Source: Kaistella sp. (GTDB taxonomy: Bacteria > Bacteroidota > Bacteroidia > Flavobacteriales > Weeksellaceae). From it: 64,000 bases of DNA. Of the stretch, positions 57,209 through 64,000 are shown one piece after another. The stretch spans positions 8,235-72,234 of the forward strand of contig JBLJBP010000055.1 in the NCBI GenBank assembly GCA_047637995.1. Reading direction: 5' to 3'. The notes under the pieces are model-generated. The model searched no databases. It saw nothing but the letters and a program-made list of their open reading frames with translations, and was not told where the DNA came from. A program made the position numbers and the translations under genes. Position 1 is the first letter of the stretch. Every line of letters begins with the position of its first letter.

Positions 57209-58396
57209 TTACATTTTTGAGTCTAAATATTTGCCGGTTTCTTTATGTCCAAAGTTAGGAATCATTTTGTGAAATAGCGTTACTATTTCTTCTTTGCTCC
57301 AGTTTCTGCTTGCTTTCAAGGTATCTATAGTTTCTTCAAAAAGCTGAAGTTTATCCTGCTCTATTTTAAGGCTATTTTTTATCACTCCAAAATTTTCAAA
57401 CCTATCCATATCTAAGATTTCATTGTCAGTATAGAACTCTTCAAAATCTTTTTCGCCGGTAGTATCGCTTTCTGTGAAAAGACATGGCCATTTTCCCTGT
57501 TTGGATAACGCATCTACTTTTTGCCGAGCTTCTTCTTCATTTTGGCAGAGATAAGGCTCATATCCTATTTCTTGGAGGAATTTTACTGCGATTTCTGCAA
57601 ATGTGATTAGGTGCAGGCTTTCACTGAGTTTAGGAAAAAAAATGTCTCTATTCTCGCCAAAGATACAAGACATTAAACACAACTCTCCTGATTCTTTAGG
57701 AATCACAAAATACCGTTTGATATCGTTGGGTGCTACTATTGGCTGTCTTTTCTCAATTCTTTTATTAAAACCATGTAGTAGTGACCCGTCTGAGAACGCT
57801 ACATTAGCAAATCGTGCGGTAGAAATACTAATTTCACTGCTTTTTCTCATTAGAAACATCTCCATTATTCTTTTAGAAGCTCCCATCATATTGACAGGGT
57901 TGGCTGCTTTATCCGTGGAGACACAAAAATATTTCTTAACTCCTTTATCAATGGATTGTTGCAATGTTTTATCTGTATTAAAAATGTTCACATTAATCAT
58001 TCGCATTAATGTATAGGGATCTTTTTCACTACGGACATGCTTCAATGCCGAGAGATTGAGAACATAGTCATATTGCCCGTCTGCTTCCCAGAAAACATCA
58101 TATTCTAAAGAACCTATATCTAATGCAAAGGTTCTAAAATCTCCATCTATATAGCCGTATGAACTACGAATATCGCGCACCAGCTCTACCATATTGTTTT
58201 CACTAATATCTACAACATGCAGTTTTTTCGGATTTCGTTTAAATAGTTCTTTGGTAGTTGCAGCACCTATGGAACCGGCCCCACCTATTACTAAGAATGC
58301 ACTATTTGCAACAATTTCTTGTAAATTATTTTCATGCTTGAAAATATCTGCTTCAAACAATTCTTCTGTTCTCCCTATCAAACCAAGAATATTCAT
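57209..58396 (-). CDS. legB: Soluble CapD-family NDP-HexNAc 4,6-dehydratase (LegB/LgaA-like)
   Basis: VIGGAGSIGAATT, MGASKRIME. 395 aa with no TM region. Confidence 0.75.
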   Translation of the reverse strand: MNILGLIGRTEELFEADIFKHENNLQEIVANSAFLVIGGAGSIGAATTKELFKRNPKKLHVVDISENNMVELVRDIRSSYGYIDGDFRTFALDIGSLEYDVFWEADGQYDYVLNLSALKHVRSEKDPYTLMRMINVNIFNTDKTLQQSIDKGVKKYFCVSTDKAANPVNMMGASKRIMEMFLMRKSSEISISTARFANVAFSDGSLLHGFNKRIEKRQPIVAPNDIKRYFVIPKESGELCLMSCIFGENRDIFFPKLSESLHLITFAEIAVKFLQEIGYEPYLCQNEEEARQKVDALSKQGKWPCLFTESDTTGEKDFEEFYTDNEILDMDRFENFGVIKNSLKIEQDKLQLFEETIDTLKASRNWSKEEIVTLFHKMIPNFGHKETGKYLDSKM

Positions 58397-58405
58397 GAGA
58401 AAAGA

Positions 58406-60760
58406 TTAAAATCTATCTTTTAGTTTTTGAAAAAACGTTTTTTCAGTTGCTCCGTAGCCATAGCCATACTTATTGCCATAGCCCAAGTCTTCTTTGGTTA
58501 CATCATTTAAGACAAAACCAACATTCTTTATTTTATTGCCCTCAATCTGGTGATTAGCAAAATCTATCAAGGTAGTTTCAGAAACTTTTGATCTCACTAC
58601 ATACACCGTTACATCAGCTAAATCTGAGAATAAGAATGAATCTGTAACTAACATTAGCGGTGCTGTATCTAATATCACATAATCATACTCCTTTTGAAGT
58701 TGCAAAATGAGATTTTCATACCTTCCGTTTGCAAGAAGTTCTACTGGATTTGGTGGGATACTTCCTGAATAGATGATATCACAATTTGCACTGAAAGTTG
58801 ACTGATGAATAATATCTTTAACGTCAGTAGTTTCATCATATAAATACTCAGATAGCCCATTGGCAGTCTTTTTTGTAGGGTCATATCTTTGTAACTGCGG
58901 ATTTCTGATATCTGACCCTATCACTATTACTTTCTTATTGGTATTTGCCAAGGTAAGCGCCAGATTGATAGAAATAAAGGTCTTTCCTTCGCCTTTTACA
59001 GTAGAGGTAACAAATACTATTTTCCCACCAGATATTTTAGGAAGCATAAAATTCATATTGGTAGTTAGTATTCTGAATGCTTCTGATACCGGTGACAAAT
59101 CATTTTGCTGCACTACATCATTATCACTTCTTTCTAATTTAGGTATTTCTGCAATGATGGCAGTCTGCGACCTGTTTTCAATATCTTTTTTAGTTCTAAT
59201 TTTGTTATTTAACAATTGTTTTAGGTAGATAATGCCAAAAGGAATGCTCAGACCTATAACCGATAAGACGAATAAAACGATCATTTTCTTGGGTGAAACT
59301 GGCTTTTCTGAGCCGTATGCTGCATCAAGAATCCTGGCTTTAGGTGCAGTGATAGCCAAAGCTATAGCGGTTTCTTCTCTTTTCTGAAGGAGTAGCAAAT
59401 ACAAGCTTTCTTTTATTTGTTGCTGTCTATCAATGCCTCTAAACATTTTTTCTAATGCAGGGATTTTAGAAATCTTACCTGCTACTTTACTTTGCTCTTG
59501 CAGCAACTGGTTTCTGCTTAAGAGTAGGGCATCTTTATTTTTTGCAAGCCCATCTGAAATAGAAGATCTTAAAATATTAATTCGTTTGGTAAGGTCCATT
59601 ACCAACGGGTTTTGTGGCGTTGCATTGTCTAACAACTGATTTCGCTCTAAAACCAATTCATTATAAGCTGTGATTGCAGCACCAGCAGCAGTGTTTCCTC
59701 CTGCAATATTAGAAGGTAGGGTCTGGTTGCTACCTTGCCTAGATAAATACGAGATCAGATCATTAGTGAGCTGCAGTTCTGTTTCTATATCTATTAATCT
59801 AGTATTTGAACTGTTCACAGCATTGAGACTTAGTGAGGCCTCAGCTGTTATATCTGTAATTTTATTTTGAACTTTAAACTGCTCTTTCTGGCCTTCAACT
59901 TGTCCTAATTCATCAGCAATCAGTGCAATTCTCTCATCAATAAAATCTTTGGTTTTCATTGACTCTGAGTTTTTATCCTTAATCGCATCCATATTATAAA
60001 CATCAACAAGTTTATTAAGGATTGCTTTTGCTTTATCTACATTTGGATAGTTCATAGAGAGCCCTATCACGGTTGCTTCTTTTTCCACAAGCTTCACATC
60101 AAGCATCTTCTGAATGTCATTAACCGCTTTTTCTTTTGGGAGATATACAAAATTGAGTTCCTCTAATTCCTCTTCTTTATTACTAACAAACGCCGGGTTT
60201 TTTAGGATAATGATGTTGGCATAAGGCAAACTAATCGTTTTATTAAAACTAGTGTTTATGGGAGCTTTAAAATTATCTGATGTCAATACAAGTGCTTCAC
60301 CTTTTATCGTAAAAAACACTGGAAGAACAGGATTCTTAAAATCCTTCTCATTTACTACTTTGATGACTACTGGTGAAGTTTGTGCAAAGAGTTCTTTCTC
60401 CTTCATTCCATCTTTCGCGTAAACTGATGTTTGCAAACCAAGTTCTGTCACAACGTCTGTCATCAATTTTTTGGTCTTTAAAACTTCTATCTCATTGTCT
60501 ATACTGTTAGTACCCATTGCATTGAGACCAGAGAGGTCTGAAAGCATCCCGAAATCACTTGAAGATCTTTTGGCATCTTTTATTAAGATGGTAGATTTTA
60601 TATTGTAAACTGAAACAGTTCTTTTAAAATAAAAAAAAGCTAATGCTACAGCTAAAATAAAAGAAAGCACAAACCAAAACCATTTTCGTAAATAGGGTTG
60701 TATTATTTCAAGAAGTGTTTGTTCAGGTTTATTATCCACAATAGAAGAGTTCTGACTCAT
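58406..60760 (-). CDS. wzc: Polysaccharide co-polymerase / tyrosine autokinase (Wzc)
   Basis: Two TM segments flank a large coiled periplasmic domain. Walker A STVKGEGKTF, ILDTAP, C-terminal Tyr cluster GYGNKYGYGYG. Confidence 0.9.
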   Translation of the reverse strand: MSQNSSIVDNKPEQTLLEIIQPYLRKWFWFVLSFILAVALAFFYFKRTVSVYNIKSTILIKDAKRSSSDFGMLSDLSGLNAMGTNSIDNEIEVLKTKKLMTDVVTELGLQTSVYAKDGMKEKELFAQTSPVVIKVVNEKDFKNPVLPVFFTIKGEALVLTSDNFKAPINTSFNKTISLPYANIIILKNPAFVSNKEEELEELNFVYLPKEKAVNDIQKMLDVKLVEKEATVIGLSMNYPNVDKAKAILNKLVDVYNMDAIKDKNSESMKTKDFIDERIALIADELGQVEGQKEQFKVQNKITDITAEASLSLNAVNSSNTRLIDIETELQLTNDLISYLSRQGSNQTLPSNIAGGNTAAGAAITAYNELVLERNQLLDNATPQNPLVMDLTKRINILRSSISDGLAKNKDALLLSRNQLLQEQSKVAGKISKIPALEKMFRGIDRQQQIKESLYLLLLQKREETAIALAITAPKARILDAAYGSEKPVSPKKMIVLFVLSVIGLSIPFGIIYLKQLLNNKIRTKKDIENRSQTAIIAEIPKLERSDNDVVQQNDLSPVSEAFRILTTNMNFMLPKISGGKIVFVTSTVKGEGKTFISINLALTLANTNKKVIVIGSDIRNPQLQRYDPTKKTANGLSEYLYDETTDVKDIIHQSTFSANCDIIYSGSIPPNPVELLANGRYENLILQLQKEYDYVILDTAPLMLVTDSFLFSDLADVTVYVVRSKVSETTLIDFANHQIEGNKIKNVGFVLNDVTKEDLGYGNKYGYGYGATEKTFFQKLKDRF

Positions 60761-60768
60761 TTAGAATA

Positions 60769-61575
60769 TTATTTTTTGAAAACTAGGGCTAAAATTGTTA
60801 CTACAATACCTGCCACGGAAATATAAATTGGCATATTGGGATCTAAACGCGAGGTTTTATCTCTGGTCTGGTTACCACCTACATAGATCACATCACCTTG
60901 CTTCACTTGAAAATAAGGCGAATTGAAAAATTGGGCATCTTTTAAATCTATTCTATGTTTGGTAATTGTACCATTTTCATTTCTTACCAGCAAGATATCG
61001 TCTCTTTTGCCATACATGGTGAGATCTCCGGCCAAAGCTATAGCTCCTAATAATGTGGTTTGTCCATCTGCAACAGTATATTGCCCGGGTCTTGCTACCT
61101 CACCTAAAACTGTTACTTTATAATTAGTAATCTTTATATTTACGCTAGGATTCAAGATATATTTGCTCAGTTTGTTGCGCAGCTCATCCTTTAACGCTAC
61201 TAACGTTTTTCCATTGGTATCTAAAACACCTAAAACAGGAAAATCTATTTGTCCCTGAGAATCAACAATGTACATAGGCCCTTTTTCGCTAATTTGCCCT
61301 TCCAATGGTGTATTACCTCCTGGTGATGAAGACTGTGAAATTTCAGATGAAGAGTAATTCTGGTTGAAAGGTTTTACCACTGCCATGTCTTTTGCAGTGA
61401 TTAAAATCATCAGCTGATCTCCTTTCTGAATAGTAGAAGTGGTATTTTGTAATGCTGCTTGTGTGGCTATCTGTTCCACATTTTGCATATAATTGAGTTC
61501 GCTTGCTTTTTCTTTTATTTTGCAGGATGCTATTAGAAGTAAACCTGCCATCCAAAGGAATATCTTTCTCTTCAT
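60769..61575 (-). CDS. wza: Polysaccharide export outer-membrane protein (Wza family)
   Basis: Lipoprotein signal LLIASC, Poly_export and SLBB motifs (VTVLGEVARPGQYTV). Confidence 0.85.
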   Translation of the reverse strand: MKRKIFLWMAGLLLIASCKIKEKASELNYMQNVEQIATQAALQNTTSTIQKGDQLMILITAKDMAVVKPFNQNYSSSEISQSSSPGGNTPLEGQISEKGPMYIVDSQGQIDFPVLGVLDTNGKTLVALKDELRNKLSKYILNPSVNIKITNYKVTVLGEVARPGQYTVADGQTTLLGAIALAGDLTMYGKRDDILLVRNENGTITKHRIDLKDAQFFNSPYFQVKQGDVIYVGGNQTRDKTSRLDPNMPIYISVAGIVVTILALVFKK

Positions 61576-61602
61576 TTTAATCTTTTAAAAAATAGAATTT
61601 TG

Positions 61603-61610
61603 CAAATATA
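61603..61610 (-). promoter_or_regulatory. Promoter candidate for wza-wzc and downstream genes (-7 box TATATTTG; -33 TTG 19 nt upstream)
   Basis: TAnnTTTG match 27 nt upstream of the ATG at 61575, with a TTG at consensus spacing. Lies in the only long (212 nt) spacer of the locus. Confidence 0.45.
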
Positions 61611-61787
61611 CAATTCTTAATCGCTTTTGCAAGTTGTAGATTTTGTCTTGTTATGAAATATTATGACATAATCTCAGTTTATTGCGCAATATAAATAAAT
61701 AATCTTAAATCAATGAGAACATCCATTAATAATCCTGAAAAAAATTGTCTTATGAATTTTATTGCCTCTCCTGCCCAGATTTCTGAA

Positions 61788-63728
61788 CTATTTGTCTAAC
61801 GCTTCGTAGATGGAATTATTGCTCTTGAACTCAGGTACTATTTCTTTCAGCAATTGTACCACTTCTACTTTCTCCCCACGAAGTGCTGCCTTAATGATCT
61901 TATTGCTAAAATCATCTATCGCATCATAGGTCATATTCGGGTCTTTAGAGATCAGTATCTTTTCGTGGTGGGTAGGCAGCGTGGTAGCATCATCACTCAG
62001 CAGTTCTTCATACAGCTTTTCACCTGGCCGCAAACCGGTATAGACGATGTTGATATCTACATTGGGTTCTAAACCTGAAAGTTTAATCATGCGCTCTGCA
62101 AGATCCTGAATCTTCACGGGCTCGCCCATATCAAACACGAAAATCTCTCCGCCATTGCCCATCACGCCTGCTTCTAATACTAAATCACACGCTTCGGGAA
62201 TGGTCATAAAATACCGAACGATGTCTGGATGGGTGATGGTTACAGGACCACCATTTTCTATCTGTCTCTTAAAATGTGGTATCACAGATCCATTAGAACC
62301 CAACACATTTCCGAATCTGGTAGTGATGAATTTTGTACGATTGCTTTCTGAATTTTGCAATGCCTGCACAAAAAGTTCGGCAGCACGTTTGGAGGCGCCC
62401 ATCACATTGGTAGGTTTCACGGCCTTGTCTGTAGAGACCATTACAAACCTGTTCACATTATATTTAGAGGCTAATGAGGCCAAATTTTTGGTCCCTAAAA
62501 TATTTACCAAAATGGCTTCATGCGGATTTTCCTCTATCAATGGAACGTGCTTGTAGGCCGCAGCATGATAGACCATCGCAAACTGGTATTTCTGGAACAG
62601 CGGTTCTATTCTGTGCCTGTTTGAAATATCGCCCAAAATAAACTTAAAGGCAATGGCTGGAAACGAGTTGCGCAACTCCATTTCAATCTCATAAAGCGGG
62701 GTTTCTGCCTGATCTAAAATCACAATCAGTGCTGGCTCAAACTGGGCTACCTGGCGCACAATCTCGCTTCCTATAGAACCTGCACCTCCGGTAATCAGGA
62801 CGGTTTGGTTAAAATGTCTGCGTTTGATGTCTTCGTTTCCTATTCTAATGGGTTTCCTATTGAGCAAATCTTCAATCTGCAAGGTTTTTATAGAATTTTC
62901 CTGATCGCTGTTTCTAAGGATATGGAGTGAAGGTGCTTTGAAAATCTGCAAATCTTTCTCTAAGAAAAGATTCACCCACTGGTTCATTTCATCTTTGGCA
63001 ATGGTTTCCTGAATGAGCAAAACACCATCTATCAGCAAATCATCTTTGGTGCTGTGTTTTAGTTTTTCTTTGGTATAAATAGGTTTTCCTAGCAGATGGG
63101 CACGGCGTGAATCATGTCTTTGGGTGAGGAAACCCACCACATAATATGGCAGATTAGAATTGTCTAATATGGTTCTGGCTGTGGTCACTGAAGCTTCATC
63201 TATCCCTAAAACCAAGATTCTCTTCCGCATCGTGCTTCTTCTGAAATCTCTGGCGATGGCAAAAAATTCTTTCACGAAAAGCCTGAAGAGAAACAGCATC
63301 ATAAACGAGGAAGCAAAAAACAAGACCAGAAACGGCACAGACATATAAATCATCCTTTCACCGGTGCTGAAATAGTAGCTTGCACTGATGATGCCTACGA
63401 TGATGGTAGTACTAAAGGTGCAGAGAAAAAGTTTAAAAAGATCGATAAAAGTAGAATGCCTGATGATGCCGGCGTAGGTACGAAACGCGAACATCATTAA
63501 AACACTGATGCCTAAAATCATCAAGAAAACTTTGTTTCCGTGGGGGAAAACGAGGTTAGAACTGAAGCTCAGTTTTTCTATCAGATATTTTGAGAAATAT
63601 ACTGAACATGCTATAAAGAACACATCGATAATCAGAATTACCCAGCGTGGCAGATAGCGCACATCGCCTAGATTCATCAGATTGTCACCGCTGTAGATTT
63701 TCTTTCTTATACTCTTTCGCAAACTCAT
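61788..63728 (-). CDS. Membrane-anchored CapD/WbpM/PglF-family UDP-HexNAc 4,6-dehydratase
   Basis: Four N-terminal TM helices, ITGGAGSIGSEI, MGASKRAAE. Length 646 aa. Confidence 0.85.
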   Translation of the reverse strand: MSLRKSIRKKIYSGDNLMNLGDVRYLPRWVILIIDVFFIACSVYFSKYLIEKLSFSSNLVFPHGNKVFLMILGISVLMMFAFRTYAGIIRHSTFIDLFKLFLCTFSTTIIVGIISASYYFSTGERMIYMSVPFLVLFFASSFMMLFLFRLFVKEFFAIARDFRRSTMRKRILVLGIDEASVTTARTILDNSNLPYYVVGFLTQRHDSRRAHLLGKPIYTKEKLKHSTKDDLLIDGVLLIQETIAKDEMNQWVNLFLEKDLQIFKAPSLHILRNSDQENSIKTLQIEDLLNRKPIRIGNEDIKRRHFNQTVLITGGAGSIGSEIVRQVAQFEPALIVILDQAETPLYEIEMELRNSFPAIAFKFILGDISNRHRIEPLFQKYQFAMVYHAAAYKHVPLIEENPHEAILVNILGTKNLASLASKYNVNRFVMVSTDKAVKPTNVMGASKRAAELFVQALQNSESNRTKFITTRFGNVLGSNGSVIPHFKRQIENGGPVTITHPDIVRYFMTIPEACDLVLEAGVMGNGGEIFVFDMGEPVKIQDLAERMIKLSGLEPNVDINIVYTGLRPGEKLYEELLSDDATTLPTHHEKILISKDPNMTYDAIDDFSNKIIKAALRGEKVEVVQLLKEIVPEFKSNNSIYEALDK

Positions 63729-63789
63729 GCTTTATTTAATCTCTAAAAATACCGGCGGTCTGCACTCGGCACTATTGTTTTGTCTTACA

Positions 63790-63797
63790 CAAAAGTA
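63790..63797 (-). promoter_or_regulatory. Promoter candidate for the WbpM-like gene (-7 box TACTTTTG; -33 TTG 19 nt upstream)
   Basis: TAnnTTTG match with a TTG at consensus spacing, between the DegT stop and the ATG at 63728. Confidence 0.4.
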
Positions 63798-63815
63798 AAC
63801 ATTATTCTTTATGCA

Positions 63816-64000
63816 TCAATGTTTAGCTGCAAATAATATGGAATTGAGCGCATCGGCTATTCTAACCTTCTCTTCATCAGACAGATTAGATCCTGAAGGC
63901 AAACAAATACCGTTATTGAAAAGAGATTCGGCAACATTTGTCCCAAAATACGGATACTGCTTGAAAATGGGTTGCAAGTGCATGGGTTTCCAGATCGGCC
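63816..64000 (-). CDS. DegT/DnrJ/EryC1-family aminotransferase, C-terminal end (gene starts beyond the right window edge)
   Basis: The reverse-strand frame reads PIWKPMHLQPIFKQYPYFGTNVAESLFNNGICLPSGSNLSDEEKVRIADALNSILFAAKH then stop. This C-terminus is typical of sugar aminotransferases. Confidence 0.75.
   Translation of the reverse strand, partial: PIWKPMHLQPIFKQYPYFGTNVAESLFNNGICLPSGSNLSDEEKVRIADALNSILFAAKH

Noticed and set aside
25825-64000. Mobile element, integrase or transposase bounding the polysaccharide locus
   Set aside because: No integrase, transposase, tRNA attachment site or long terminal repeat was seen in the window. Horizontal exchange is inferred only from composition and the truncated hisF.

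Overview
The window appears to be a chromosomal segment from a low-GC Bacteroidota genome, probably Flavobacteriales. Evidence for this: a fused lpxC-fabZ gene, a PorX-type response regulator, several proteins with T9SS C-terminal sorting domains, TAnnTTTG-type promoter boxes, and no Shine-Dalgarno sequences. Positions 1-25.8 kb are mostly housekeeping and envelope genes: T9SS cargo proteins, dusB, a NatAB-like ABC pair, sucD, the lipid A cluster lpxD-lpxC/fabZ-lpxA-efp-lpxD2, an HD phosphohydrolase, porX, xth, rimO and a small lipoprotein cluster. From 25.8 kb to the right edge, about 38 kb of almost uninterrupted minus-strand genes form one large Wzx/Wzy-dependent, Wza/Wzc-exported polysaccharide (capsule or O-antigen) locus. 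This locus contains a complete legionaminic-acid-type nonulosonic acid pathway (legB-C-H-I-G, ptmE, legF, ptmF, ptmA). It also has an fnlABC/wbjE/wbjF/wbpL-like L-FucNAc cassette and rfbA/rfbB/rfbC. Two divergent N-acetyl-sugar amidotransferases share one HisH/HisF pair. A WbpM-like dehydratase and a DegT aminotransferase lie at the right edge. No rRNA, tRNA, CRISPR array, transposase or integrase was seen. The items most worth follow-up: (1) the predicted doubly amidinated Leg + FucNAc glycan chemistry; (2) an orphan 445-aa protein with an HP...SS sialyltransferase-like signature; (3) a free-standing C-terminal half of a HisF barrel directly upstream of fnlA; (4) a secreted beta-helix protein inside the locus; (5) an ORF6N(KilA-N)-Nuc/PLD-like fusion gene inserted between rfbA and rfbB; (6) an unusual GC-rich block of 7-mer and 8-mer tandem repeats upstream of a lipoprotein operon. 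All functional calls come from reading motifs by eye. No database search was possible.
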